The notes under the pieces were generated by a model. That model saw only the letters and a program-made list of their open reading frames with translations, ran no database searches and was not told where the DNA came from. Shown piece by piece: positions 38,425 to 48,395 of a DNA stretch of 64,000 nucleotides (position 1 is its first letter; the number at the start of each line of letters is the position of its first letter). The stretch spans positions 835 to 64,834 of the forward strand of contig JBDRKO010000001.1 of NCBI GenBank assembly GCA_043813915.1, in the 5' to 3' direction. A program made the position numbers and the translations under genes. The stretch is from Candidatus Omnitrophota bacterium (GTDB lineage Bacteria; Omnitrophota; Gorgyraeia; Tantalellales; Tantalellaceae).

Positions 38425-38432
38425 AAGACAAA

Positions 38433-38645
38433 TTAAGCTGCTGTCTTTTTGTTTGAATAACGTTTCTGAAAACGTTCCAATCTTCCGGCAGAGTCGACCA
38501 ATTTCTGCTTGCCGGTATAGAAAGGATGACATTTTGAGCATATTTCAACGTGTATATTCTGCTTAGTTGACCGTGTATGGACGGTATTCCCGCACGCGCA
38601 AACTATCGTTGTTTCCTGATATTTAGGATGTATCCCTTTTTTCAC
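38433..38645 (-). CDS. rpmE: 50S ribosomal protein L31
   Basis: 70 aa; CxxC...C..H zinc ribbon; MKKGIHPKY. Confidence 0.9.
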   Translation of the reverse strand: MKKGIHPKYQETTIVCACGNTVHTRSTKQNIHVEICSKCHPFYTGKQKLVDSAGRLERFQKRYSNKKTAA

Positions 38646-38773
38646 TTCTAACCCCCCTCTATTGTTATATTAGACACATATTACTAAACACATATTGTAC
38701 TAGATTATTGGTAAATATCAAGTAAAAATGCATATCCTCGATATTCCAAAAAACCCATAACCTCAACAAAAGC

Positions 38774-40066
38774 TTAGGTTTTCCCCATATTCTGGAGAAA
38801 TTCCTCATTATTTTTGGATTTGTTCAGCCTGTCTATCAGAAGCGTCATAGCTTCCGCCGAGTCCATATCGCTCAGGGCTCTTCTCATCAACCATACCTTT
38901 TTCAGCTCATTTTCCTCCACCAGAAGTTCTTCTTTACGCGTATTGGAACGTTTTATATCGATGGCGGGGTATATCCTGCGCTGGAACAGGCTCCTGTCCA
39001 GCTGTATCTCCATATTGCCCGTCCCTTTGAACTCCTCAAAGATGACTTCGTCCATCCGGCTTCCCGTGTCTACAAGTGCGGTCGCAATGATCGTAAGGCT
39101 TCCTCCTTCTTCGACATTCCTCGCGGAACCGAAAAAGCGTTTGGGTTTATGAAGCGCGTTCGCGTCCACCCCGCCGGAAAGTATCTTCCCGGAATGAGGA
39201 ACGGTCGTATTATAAGCCCTCGCCAAACGTGTTATAGAATCAAGCAGAATGACAACGTCGTATTTGTGCTCAACCAGGCGTTTCGCTTTTTTAAGGACCA
39301 TTTCCGCTACCTGAGTGTGTCTTTGCGCCTGTTCATCAAAAGTGGAAGCGATCACCTCGGCGTTTACCGATCTCTGCATATCCGTGACCTCCTCGGGACG
39401 CTCGTCAATGAGGAGGATTATAAGCTTCACTTCGGGATAATTGCAGGTAATGGCGTTCGCGAATCTTTGCAGAAAAACGGTCTTACCGCTGTAAGGCGGC
39501 GCCACTATAAGCCCTCTCTGTCCTTTCCCTACCGGGGTCAAAAGATCCATGACCCTCATAGAGAGATCATTGCTGGCGGATTCCAGACGGAACCGTTCGT
39601 CAGGATACAGCGGAGTTAGGTTCTCGAACAATATCTTGTTCTTGGCCACCTCCGGGTTCTCGAAATTCACGGCTTCCACCTTTAAAAGCGCGAAATACCT
39701 TTCTCCTTCTTTCGGAGGACGTATCTGCCCGCTAACGGTATCTCCGGTCTTCAGATTGAACCGGCGTATCTGCGAAGGCGATACATAGATGTCGTCGGGG
39801 CAAGGCAGATAGTTGTAATCCGGGCTTCTGAGAAAACCGAACCCGTCTTCCAGCACCTCCAGAACGCCTTCGCCGTAAGCGAATCCGTCCTTCTCTACCT
39901 TCGCCTGCAGGATCTTGAATATCAGATCGTGCTTTTTCATTCCGCTGATACCGTTGATCCTCAGTTCCTTGGCGATCTCAGTAAGTTCCGAGATCTTCAT
40001 GTTCTTAAGTTTCACGATGTCCAGCTCTGGTCCTTTTTCTTTCTCTTTTTTTGTACTTTTTGCCAT
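38774..40066 (-). CDS. rho: Transcription termination factor Rho
   Basis: 430 aa; N-terminal OB/RNA-binding, RecA-like ATPase Walker A GKT. Confidence 0.95.
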   Translation of the reverse strand: MAKSTKKEKEKGPELDIVKLKNMKISELTEIAKELRINGISGMKKHDLIFKILQAKVEKDGFAYGEGVLEVLEDGFGFLRSPDYNYLPCPDDIYVSPSQIRRFNLKTGDTVSGQIRPPKEGERYFALLKVEAVNFENPEVAKNKILFENLTPLYPDERFRLESASNDLSMRVMDLLTPVGKGQRGLIVAPPYSGKTVFLQRFANAITCNYPEVKLIILLIDERPEEVTDMQRSVNAEVIASTFDEQAQRHTQVAEMVLKKAKRLVEHKYDVVILLDSITRLARAYNTTVPHSGKILSGGVDANALHKPKRFFGSARNVEEGGSLTIIATALVDTGSRMDEVIFEEFKGTGNMEIQLDRSLFQRRIYPAIDIKRSNTRKEELLVEENELKKVWLMRRALSDMDSAEAMTLLIDRLNKSKNNEEFLQNMGKT

Positions 40067-40630
40067 ATCCGATCTACTCCTTTTTTCGTTTCGTCTATAC
40101 TTGCTCCGTTATCCAATATATACTGAGCAAATTTCTCCTTTTCTGCCTGGGACATTTGTTTATCAATGACATAGTTGATCTCTTTCTCGGAAAGACCTCT
40201 TCCCGCGGCCCGTTCTAACTGTTTGTCCCTGCCGGCTGTGACAAGAACGACCGCGTCAACATATTTATGCATTCCCGATTCTATAAGCAGCGGAGCGTCT
40301 ATCACCACCACATCTTCGTCGCCGCTCTTTTCTAACTCTTTAAGAATAGCCGCTATTACGGGGGGATGGATTATGCCGGATAATATATCAAGCGCCGCGC
40401 CTCCTGAAAACACCTTCCTCGCCAAAGCCCGACGGTCCACCTCTCCGCCGGAAACATATTCAGGCCCGAACGCTTCCGCTATCTTTCTTTGTACCTCCCG
40501 GTCCTCTCTGAGCACTTTGTGCGCGATACTGTCCGCGTCAATAAGTTTAGCCCCTTTGTCAGCGAACATTCCCGCCGCTGTGGTCTTTCCGGACGCTATA
40601 CCTCCGGTTAAGCCTAAAATGATCTTCTTC
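40012..40630 (-). CDS. coaE: Dephospho-CoA kinase
   Basis: [12 protein letters not shown]-loop; true start probably internal (the track ORF overlaps rho by 55 nt). Confidence 0.8.
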
Positions 40631-40667
40631 ACTATATGCCCTTTCGCCCTTGCGCGCTGCTGCCGGT

Positions 40668-43271
40668 CTATCCGATGGGTTCCGTATCGAACCAGTTCTT
40701 TCCGCATTCCACGTCAACGGTCAGCGGCACTTTAAGCGGGATGATACCGCTCATTATCTCCTTAACGCAAGCCGACACCCGTTCGGCAGACTTTTCCGGC
40801 ACGTCAAAAACAAGCTCGTCGTGCACCTGTATTATCATTTTCGCGCCGCTTCCTTTAAGCCGACGTGAGCATTCTATCATCGCAAGTTTTATGAGATCGG
40901 CTGCCGACCCCTGAATAGCGGTATTTACAGCCGCCCTTTCCGCGAATTTTCTTATATGTTCGTTGCCGCTTTTTATCTCCGGCAGATATCTTCGGCGATT
41001 GAGCAAAGTCAGGACATATCCCGTTTCCCGAGTTGTCTCCACCGTTCTGTCTATAAAAGCCTTTATCCCCCCGTATCTCGCGAAATATGATCCGATAAAA
41101 CCCTGGGCCTGGTCTACCCGTATGCCGAGATCCTTAGCCAGCCCGAACGCGCTTATGCCATAGATCACGCCGAAATTCACTGTCTTTGCCGCGGACCTCA
41201 TTTCATCCGTTACCGCGGACAGCGGCTGGGAGAATATTTCCGAGGCCGTTGCCCGATGTATATCCTCTCCGCCCCTGAACGCCTTTATCAGTTTTTCGTC
41301 TTCCGACAGGTGCGCGAGTATTTTAAGTTCTATCTGCGAATAATCGGCCGTTATCAGGACCCTTCCCTTGCTTTCGGGAACAAAAGCGCGTCTCAGTTCC
41401 TGGCCCAAAAGGGTTTTTACGGGTATATTCTGCAGGTTAGGGTCGCTTGAGGATAGCCGTCCCGTAGCTGTTACCGCCTGATTGAAAAACGCGTGTATCC
41501 TGCCGTTATTTTTTTCCGCGAGACGCAGAAGCGAATCATAATATCCGGTCTTGAGTTTGTTCATCTCGCGATACTCAAGCAATGCTCCCGGAAGCTCATG
41601 CATCGAGGCGAGTTTGGATAATACGGATTCATCGGTAGATACGCCTGTTTTTGTTTTTTTTATAGCGGGAAGCGATAATTTTTCATAGAGTATGACCTGC
41701 AGCTGTTTGGGAGAATTTATATTGAACTCCTCACCCGCAAGGGCGTATATCCTGTCCGTGACCTCTTTGAGCATGCTTTCTATATCCCGGGCTTTTTTCT
41801 TAAGATGCGCCGTATCCACGTTGACCCCGTTCGCCTCCATTTCCGCCAGCACCCTGACAAGCGGCATCTCCACGTCATCAAAAAGTTCCGCAAGATGTTT
41901 TTCCTTCAGAAGAGGCTCCACTATTCCGCGTATCTCCTCTATGATGCGTACCCGTCTGCTCGATAAGGACGTAGGATCCGTCTCTTCCTTGAGAGATATA
42001 TCCAAATGACGCGACGTTATCGACGGAAGGTCATATCCGGACGCGGACGGGTCGAGAAGATAATCCGCTATCATAATGTCAAAGATCCTTCCTCGAAGGG
42101 TTATTCCCTCTTTTTCCAGAAGGACTATCTGCCCCTTCAGATCATATCCCGTTTTTTCGATGTTCTCGTCTTCCAATACCGTTCTTATCCCGCAGCGGAA
42201 CGTCTCTTTGAAAGGACCCTCCGAGAAAGACACAAATACCGTTTCTCCCCCGGCCCTTAAGATCGCCGCTAGAGCCTTCCCTTCTTCTTCCGGGACCGGC
42301 ATAATATCAAAAAATATATTCTTACTTTTGGAGCATCGCGCCGTCAGCGCCGTCATGTCCTTTTCCGAGGCGCATTCGGTCCATGGGTATTCCCGTTCGT
42401 CTTCCTTCTCTTTTACGATATTTTTCAACAGCCCCTTGAACTCAAGTCTGCCGTAAAGTTCCGATAAACGGATCTCATCGGGGGGCTTAAGGAACGTCTC
42501 ATCAAGACCTATGTCTACCGGCACATGCCTGTCCAGAACGGTCAGTTCTTTGCTGAATCTGGCGGCTTGCTCCCCATCTATCAGTTTCTTCCTGAGGGAA
42601 TCGGAAGCAACCGATCCTATGTTACCGTACAGAGCGTCTATGTCCCCGTATTCATTGATCAGTTTGGACGCGCCGACTTTCCCTATCCCCTTAACTCCCG
42701 GAATATTGTCGCTGGCGTCACCGGCTAGAGCCATGAGATCCGTTATTTTATCCGGGGTCACTCCGAATTTTTCCTCGACTTCTTTTGCTCCGTAGAGTTT
42801 ATCGCCGAAAGACGTGGCGCTAAGGACCTTTACTTTCTCCTCCACCAGCTGCATCGCGTCCTTATCGCTAGTCACGATAACGATGTCCATCCCGCTATCT
42901 TTCGCGGTCTCCGCGATCGTAGCGATAACATCATCCGCTTCATACCCGGGTTTTTCAAATGCCGTTATTCCGAGCGCCGACGCCGCTTCTTTTATCACGG
43001 GGAACTGCGCCGCAAGATCATCCGGCATAGGATTCCGGTGTATCTTATACTCCGTATATTTTTTATGACGCGCGGTCGGCTGCGGAGTATCGAATACCAG
43101 TACCATCCTGGTGGGTCCGTATGTTCTGACTATCTTGTTTATTATATTGATGAACCCATAGACCGCGTTCGTAGGCTCCCCTTTGGAGGTCGACAGGTCG
43201 CGTATCGCGTAATAAGCCCGGTAACATAGAGCGTTCCCGTCTATAAGATAAATTTTGTTCTCTGTTTCCAT
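40668..43271 (-). CDS. polA: DNA polymerase I (5'-3' exonuclease, 3'-5' exo-like and polymerase domains)
   Basis: 867 aa; Pol A family motifs (DYSQIELR, RRxAKxxNFGxxYG, QVHDEL). Confidence 0.95.
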   Translation of the reverse strand: METENKIYLIDGNALCYRAYYAIRDLSTSKGEPTNAVYGFINIINKIVRTYGPTRMVLVFDTPQPTARHKKYTEYKIHRNPMPDDLAAQFPVIKEAASALGITAFEKPGYEADDVIATIAETAKDSGMDIVIVTSDKDAMQLVEEKVKVLSATSFGDKLYGAKEVEEKFGVTPDKITDLMALAGDASDNIPGVKGIGKVGASKLINEYGDIDALYGNIGSVASDSLRKKLIDGEQAARFSKELTVLDRHVPVDIGLDETFLKPPDEIRLSELYGRLEFKGLLKNIVKEKEDEREYPWTECASEKDMTALTARCSKSKNIFFDIMPVPEEEGKALAAILRAGGETVFVSFSEGPFKETFRCGIRTVLEDENIEKTGYDLKGQIVLLEKEGITLRGRIFDIMIADYLLDPSASGYDLPSITSRHLDISLKEETDPTSLSSRRVRIIEEIRGIVEPLLKEKHLAELFDDVEMPLVRVLAEMEANGVNVDTAHLKKKARDIESMLKEVTDRIYALAGEEFNINSPKQLQVILYEKLSLPAIKKTKTGVSTDESVLSKLASMHELPGALLEYREMNKLKTGYYDSLLRLAEKNNGRIHAFFNQAVTATGRLSSSDPNLQNIPVKTLLGQELRRAFVPESKGRVLITADYSQIELKILAHLSEDEKLIKAFRGGEDIHRATASEIFSQPLSAVTDEMRSAAKTVNFGVIYGISAFGLAKDLGIRVDQAQGFIGSYFARYGGIKAFIDRTVETTRETGYVLTLLNRRRYLPEIKSGNEHIRKFAERAAVNTAIQGSAADLIKLAMIECSRRLKGSGAKMIIQVHDELVFDVPEKSAERVSACVKEIMSGIIPLKVPLTVDVECGKNWFDTEPIG

Positions 43272-43454
43272 TCCCTTAAAGTATGAGTGAATTGAGGCAT
43301 ATTGAGATGAATAGCGCTGTATGCAAATTATTATGGTATCTGGTCGAATTTCAGAAAATCTATGCGGAAATCCTTAGAGGTGAGATCCCTACCCTGATAG
43401 TATTATAAATATAGGGGGCGTTTAGTCAAGCATAAAATTCCCACTCATCCTTGT

Positions 43455-43820
43455 CTACCCCCGGAAGATAACAATAACGAGGATAAGGAACAAGATCCCG
43501 GAAAAAATGTAAAAATCATTGAAATACAGAAAATCCGCGACTGTTCCACTCAGGTCATCTCCGCCGGCGGTCCCAACGGGTCTTGAGAGTTTTTCCTTGC
43601 GGACCCGTTGTATCTCTCCGGCGGTCATTTCCCCCAGTTCTCTTACACGCGACTCTATTTCAGAGCGTATGGCGTCTATCTGCTCTTTTCTGAACCTCAG
43701 AAGTTCCCCGCCCAGCTGGTATGCCGTGATCACTTTTTTGTCCACCAGATCTATCACGCGTTCTTCACGCAGGCCCAGATATTCCGATAGTTCTTTCAAG
43801 GTCAGGAGTTTTTCGGACAT
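43455..43820 (-). CDS. HTH_17 (excisionase-like helix-turn-helix) / coiled-coil / C-terminal TM-anchor protein
   Basis: 121 aa; LLTLKELSEYLGLREERVIDLVDKKVITAYQLGGELLRFRKEQIDA resembles MerR/excisionase-type HTH; hydrophobic C-terminus FSGILFLILVIVIF. Confidence 0.55.
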   Translation of the reverse strand: MSEKLLTLKELSEYLGLREERVIDLVDKKVITAYQLGGELLRFRKEQIDAIRSEIESRVRELGEMTAGEIQRVRKEKLSRPVGTAGGDDLSGTVADFLYFNDFYIFSGILFLILVIVIFRG

Positions 43821-43821
43821 A

Positions 43822-44379
43822 TTACCCTTTGGTCTTTACTTTTCCTTCGGCGATCCACTGGTCCACTTTGGACCTTTCAAATATCCATTCGCCGCCTTCT
43901 TTTGTCCCCGGAATGACCCCGCCGTTCGCCCATTCACCGACCTTGTTAGTCTCGACTTCGAGATATTCGGCCAGCTGATGCGTATTAAGCCAGTCCCCGC
44001 GGCCTGACGCGTTACCTCTCCGTCCGGCCTCGGTCATTTTTATCCGTCCGTTCACAAAGGCGCCCTCGCCTATCGACAGGATAGGGGTCTCGATATCTCC
44101 GTTAAGCACGGCACTGGATTCCAATCGTAATGACTTTCCCGCCTTTATATTACCGAAGACCTGCCCGGACACCAATATCTCTTCTCCCACTATGTTCGCT
44201 TTTATGTCGGCTTTCTCCCCGACCATAAGGATACCTTTGGTATCCAGTGTGCCTTCGAATTTTCCGCTTATACGCAAGTTCACCGGATCGTCAAAACGTA
44301 AAGTCCCCTGCATACTGGCATTCACATCCAGCATTTTATCCGATACTTGCTGCGTGTTATCGATCTTTTTTCTTCTCAT
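43822..44379 (-). CDS. Bactofilin (DUF583 beta-helix) with C-terminal HTH_17-like domain
   Basis: 185 aa; bactofilin repeats (GTLDTKGILMVGEKADIKANIVGEEILVSGQVFGNIKAG...), then LNTHQLAEYLEVETNKVGEWANGGVIPGTKEGGEWIFERSKVDQWI; stop and the next start are 1 nt apart. Confidence 0.6.
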   Translation of the reverse strand: MRRKKIDNTQQVSDKMLDVNASMQGTLRFDDPVNLRISGKFEGTLDTKGILMVGEKADIKANIVGEEILVSGQVFGNIKAGKSLRLESSAVLNGDIETPILSIGEGAFVNGRIKMTEAGRRGNASGRGDWLNTHQLAEYLEVETNKVGEWANGGVIPGTKEGGEWIFERSKVDQWIAEGKVKTKG

Positions 44380-44399
44380 TACTACCTCCTGTCTTTAAA

Positions 44400-44545
44400 A
44401 TAGACCCGTCAATTCACCGATACCCCGGTCTAAAGACCGGGGATTGCTTGCCCTGCCTGCCCCGCCTGTCCCGAGCACCGCGAGGGGAGCCCCGGCTATT
44501 TCCACCACGCTAAAGCACGGGGCTTCGCCGGGGCGAATGGGTCAA
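44400..44545. repeat. Family D structured repeat, copy D3 (between mgtC and bactofilin gene)
   Basis: caccgataCCCCGGTCtaaaGACCGGGGattgcttGCCCTGCCTGCCCCGCCTGTCCCGAGC...GGGGCGAATGGG; hairpin carries compensatory changes relative to D1. Confidence 0.7.
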
Positions 44546-44609
44546 GTGTCTAAGGTGTTATTATAATATAAAAACCGCCGGAGCGGTACTTTTTTTCTGC
44601 CGCGTCCGT

Positions 44610-45281
44610 TCACTCCGCTGTCTGTGCCCACGCTACGCTTTTCACGCCGGAAAGACACTCTATCTCAACGATAACATCCTTCCTGTACGCTTTGGGCAGA
44701 ATAACAAAAAATTCCAGGGTTATGGTCTTTTCTTTTTCGTTCTTGTCGGACCCGGTCCGTTTGGTCCTGCCGCCATAAGCCTCTATTATGTTCTTGATGT
44801 CTTCGGCGGAAGTTTCCCCGTCATCCGAGACCACCGCCACTATCTTTTTGCTCTGCCTTTTAAGCGCCGCCAGTTCTTCCAGCCGGGAAAGGATAAGGAC
44901 AAGAAGAGCCACAGCCGTTGTTATTCCGCCCGCCACATACATACCCGCTCCGGCGGCAAGACCTATGGCAGATACGGTCCATATACTCGCGGCGGTAGTG
45001 AGCCCTTTGATCGATGTTCCATAACGTATTATGGCCCCTGCCCCGAGAAACCCTATCCCCGTTACTACTCCCGACGCTATCCTGGACGGATCCACATTCC
45101 CCATCGTCATATAGCGTTCCGCCATACCTATCGACGTTATCATAAAAAGAGCCGATCCGATGCATACCAGTATGTGGGTCCTGAGGCCCGCGGCACAGCC
45201 GTGGATCTCTCTCTCTGTACCTATCAACACTCCCATAGCGGCAGCTGCCAGGATACGCAATAAAATATCGAGTTCCGTCAT
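44610..45281 (-). CDS. mgtC: MgtC/SapB family membrane protein
   Basis: 223 aa; N-terminal MgtC TM domain plus C-terminal ACT-like domain. Confidence 0.8.
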   Translation of the reverse strand: MTELDILLRILAAAAMGVLIGTEREIHGCAAGLRTHILVCIGSALFMITSIGMAERYMTMGNVDPSRIASGVVTGIGFLGAGAIIRYGTSIKGLTTAASIWTVSAIGLAAGAGMYVAGGITTAVALLVLILSRLEELAALKRQSKKIVAVVSDDGETSAEDIKNIIEAYGGRTKRTGSDKNEKEKTITLEFFVILPKAYRKDVIVEIECLSGVKSVAWAQTAE

Positions 45282-45300
45282 TTTGTCCCCCTTTTTCTCC

Positions 45301-46287
45301 CTATTTCCGTGCGCTGAAAAGCAGTTCTCCCAGAACCGCTACCATCGCGGCATTATCCGTACAAAACCCGGGTTCCGGCAGATACAGCTCGTATCCCTTC
45401 CGGGAACAGGCCGAAGATATCCGCGTCCTCAGTACTTTATTGTTTATCACTCCGCCGCCTACCGCAAGACGTTTTACTCCGCAAGCCTTCATTGCTCTTA
45501 AAATTTTCTTTTCGACAACATCTATCACGGCTTCCTGAAAGGAATACGCGACTCGTTCCTTTTCTTCCTGAGAGGACACCGCCTCCCGCCAGTAATAAAG
45601 AACCGCCGTCTTTATCCCGCTGAAACTGAAATCCAGGTCTTTACCGTCCTTAAGAAGCGCTCTCGGGAACTTTATTTCATTGATCGTGCTTCTTCCTTCA
45701 GCGTATCTTTCCGCGGCCTTTTCCACTATAGGCCCGCCGGGATATCCCATATCCAATATTTTGGAGACCTTATCGAACGCCTCTCCGATAGCGTCATCTT
45801 TGGTCCTGCCGAGGAGCTCCGCGTCGGACAGAGAACGAAAAAGATACATGTTCGTATGCCCTCCGGATACCACTACCCCCAAAAACGGGAATTTGTCCGA
45901 GATATCCGGAACACGCTCGTTCTCGTCTATAAAACATGATATTACGTGGGCCATGACATGATCCACGCGGACGATAGGGATATCCCCGGCAAAACTTATC
46001 GCCTCCGCAAATGCCTTACCTACAAGCAAACACCCCGGCAGTCCGGGCCTGTCCGTAACGGATACCAGGGCTACATCCCGAATGTCCTTGCCCGCGCCGG
46101 CCAACGCCTCTTTCATAACGGGGTATATGTATTCCGTATGGTAACGCGAAGCGATCTCGGGAATGACCCCTCCGTATTGGGCATGCAGATGAACGCTTGA
46201 TGAGATACCGCCGGAAAGGACCCTGCTGTTCTCGACCAAAGCGACCGCTGTTTCATCGCATGAAGTCTCTATCCCCAATGTCAGCAT
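45301..46287 (-). CDS. tsaD: tRNA N6-adenosine threonylcarbamoyltransferase
   Basis: 328 aa; MLTLGIETSCDETAVALV and HxxxH metal motif. Confidence 0.9.
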   Translation of the reverse strand: MLTLGIETSCDETAVALVENSRVLSGGISSSVHLHAQYGGVIPEIASRYHTEYIYPVMKEALAGAGKDIRDVALVSVTDRPGLPGCLLVGKAFAEAISFAGDIPIVRVDHVMAHVISCFIDENERVPDISDKFPFLGVVVSGGHTNMYLFRSLSDAELLGRTKDDAIGEAFDKVSKILDMGYPGGPIVEKAAERYAEGRSTINEIKFPRALLKDGKDLDFSFSGIKTAVLYYWREAVSSQEEKERVAYSFQEAVIDVVEKKILRAMKACGVKRLAVGGGVINNKVLRTRISSACSRKGYELYLPEPGFCTDNAAMVAVLGELLFSARK

Positions 46288-46302
46288 ATCCGGCCCCTCC
46301 GG

Positions 46303-47100
46303 CTATTTCTGTTCCAGTTCATCCGATAAAAAAACAAGCTCAACGCCCTTTTCGTTCATGCCGGCGGCGGACTCCTTAAGAACGCGGACGGTCAAAACCC
46401 TGTCATGCCCTATTCCGACCATCGTCCTCGAGGTATCCGCGGCAGCCTCCATTTCATCAAGACGCTCCGCGATATCCCCGGGTTCCTGGACGTTATCGAT
46501 AAAAATATCGCGCCGGAAATACGTGACCCCCGCGAGTTTCGCCTCTTCCCGGCATACGGACTCTCCCGAAGTAAAAGAATCCAGAAAAAAGAGGTCTCTA
46601 TTTTTCAATTCGTTGAAAACTATACTCATCAAACGCGCATCTTTTGTAGCTTTTGACCCCATGTGGCTAGATACGCCTTTGGCGTTAGGAACGGACATTA
46701 GAGCGTCCGCGATGGTCTTCCGCACGGCGGCTTCATCCATATCGGCGTTTATCGTGTTCTTTTCTACCGGAGCCCCCGCGCCTTCCGGCTGCATAGGAAG
46801 ATGCAGTATGACCTCGAACCCGTTCTCATCCGCGAAGGCGCATATATCTTTTGCGTAAGGCGTATGTGGCAGTACGGCGAGGGTTATAGGAACGTCCAAT
46901 TCCTTCAGAGCCGCCAAATTGCGTTTATTGTAACCGAAATCGTCCAGCACTAACGCCGCGCGCCGTAAGGGCGCGGAACGCGTCTGTTCCTCTACTGTCC
47001 CGATCTTTAAAGGCTCGGATCCGCGCAAAAAAATATCATACACGACAAACACCAAGGAAAACGTTAAAGCTGAAAAGAAAAGTATCTTTCTCCTTGTCAT
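46303..47100 (-). CDS. Divergent polysaccharide deacetylase family protein (YibQ-like)
   Basis: 265 aa; N-terminal TM, VLDDFGYN...LPH motif of DUF610/YibQ family. Confidence 0.7.
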   Translation of the reverse strand: MTRRKILFFSALTFSLVFVVYDIFLRGSEPLKIGTVEEQTRSAPLRRAALVLDDFGYNKRNLAALKELDVPITLAVLPHTPYAKDICAFADENGFEVILHLPMQPEGAGAPVEKNTINADMDEAAVRKTIADALMSVPNAKGVSSHMGSKATKDARLMSIVFNELKNRDLFFLDSFTSGESVCREEAKLAGVTYFRRDIFIDNVQEPGDIAERLDEMEAAADTSRTMVGIGHDRVLTVRVLKESAAGMNEKGVELVFLSDELEQK

Positions 47101-48392
47101 TTATCTCCCCGCGGGGATGCCTTGCACTTATCAAAAGCGCGTACGCCTTTGAGTATGTTGACCGCGGCCGATATCTGTCCGTCGCTCTCCCGCGTTGCCG
47201 CTTCTTCCTTCGGGGCCTGGACATCCGTTTCGCCGTCCCGGCTTTCTATCTCATCAAAAATATCGTCTTCAAGACCTTCCTCTTCGACCATTACGCTTCT
47301 TGCTACCACGATATCCGGCTCTATCCCCTTATCCATAAGATTCTTCCCCGAAGGCGTATAATATGCCGCCGTTGTAAGACGCAAAGCCGAATCATCCCTG
47401 AGCGGGACCACCGTCTGAACGGAACCTTTGCCGAATGTCACTTCGCCCAGAACAAGCCCCCTGCCGTTGTCCATGATCGCCCCGGCAAGTATTTCCGCGG
47501 CGCTGGCCGATCCTCCGTCCACGATAACGATAACACACATCCCTTCGGCAGCCGGTTCCTTCTTGGACCTGAACTCTATTCTCTTCGACGGGTCCCTTCC
47601 CTCGGTGTAAACAATAAGGTCGCCTTTATTTACGAACAGTTCCGCCGTATCCACCGCGGAATCCAAAAGTCCGCCGGGATTATTGCGCAGATCCACGATA
47701 AGACTTTCCGCTCCCTTCTCCTTAAGTTCCTTTATGGCCTTGCCCATATCCTCGGCTGTCCTTTCCTGGAACTCGATCAACCGGACATATCCGATATTGC
47801 CGTCTATTACCCGTATTTCTTTGACGCTTTTGAGTTTTATGATATCCCGCGTTATCGTAAAATCTATTATTTTATCGGTGCCCTCTCTGATAACGGTAAA
47901 CGTTATCTTTGTCCCCGGGTCGCCCCGCAGTTTTTTGATCGCGTCGTTGACCGTCATCCCTCTCGTTATTTCACCTTCTATTTTCACGATCATATCCCCG
48001 GCCTTGACCCCGGCCTTGAACGCCGGGGTATCTTCGATAGGAGCGATGACCTTGAGAACACCGTCACGGATACCGATCTCCATACCGAGCCCCCCGAACT
48101 GCCCCCTGGTCTCGTTCTTCATTTCCTCAAAACTTTCGGGATCCAGGAATTGGCTGTATCCGTCAAGCGTTCCGATCATTCCCTCGATCGCCCCATATAC
48201 CAGATCTTTAGGTTTAACGGGTTTCACATAATCCGCGCTGATAAGGGTGACCGAGTCCGCGAAAAGCTGTATTTCCTCGAACATTTCTTTTCCGTTGATC
48301 CCCATCTCCGACAAGGCGCTGACGATGAACATTCCCGCCGTCATCAGAAAAAATATCAGTAACGGGACAATAAACATTTTCTTGGTTCTCAT
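47097..48392 (-). CDS. ctpA: Carboxyl-terminal processing protease (S41 family), PDZ domain
   Basis: 431 aa; PDZ then S41 catalytic GSASASE.. and K; the plus-strand 422-aa ORF opposite is a shadow ORF. Confidence 0.85.
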   Translation of the reverse strand: MRTKKMFIVPLLIFFLMTAGMFIVSALSEMGINGKEMFEEIQLFADSVTLISADYVKPVKPKDLVYGAIEGMIGTLDGYSQFLDPESFEEMKNETRGQFGGLGMEIGIRDGVLKVIAPIEDTPAFKAGVKAGDMIVKIEGEITRGMTVNDAIKKLRGDPGTKITFTVIREGTDKIIDFTITRDIIKLKSVKEIRVIDGNIGYVRLIEFQERTAEDMGKAIKELKEKGAESLIVDLRNNPGGLLDSAVDTAELFVNKGDLIVYTEGRDPSKRIEFRSKKEPAAEGMCVIVIVDGGSASAAEILAGAIMDNGRGLVLGEVTFGKGSVQTVVPLRDDSALRLTTAAYYTPSGKNLMDKGIEPDIVVARSVMVEEEGLEDDIFDEIESRDGETDVQAPKEEAATRESDGQISAAVNILKGVRAFDKCKASPRGDK

Positions 48393-48395
48393 GGT

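Noticed and set aside
38424-38541. N-terminal extensions in ORF-track models of prfA, TauE, proA, trmD, coaE and birA
   Set aside because: The extensions lack homology, run through intergenic repeats or overlap upstream genes. Conserved N-termini begin at internal start codons, so shorter coordinates were adopted.
47094-48362. 422-aa plus-strand ORF (and similar long plus ORFs at 30387-31094, 59133-59936, 35946-36740, 7816-8682, 11575-12258)
   Set aside because: All are shadow ORFs opposite well-supported minus-strand genes (ctpA, folD/fchA, argS, murA, ribD, ribBA). Their low-complexity S/R/P-rich composition is typical of antisense frames.
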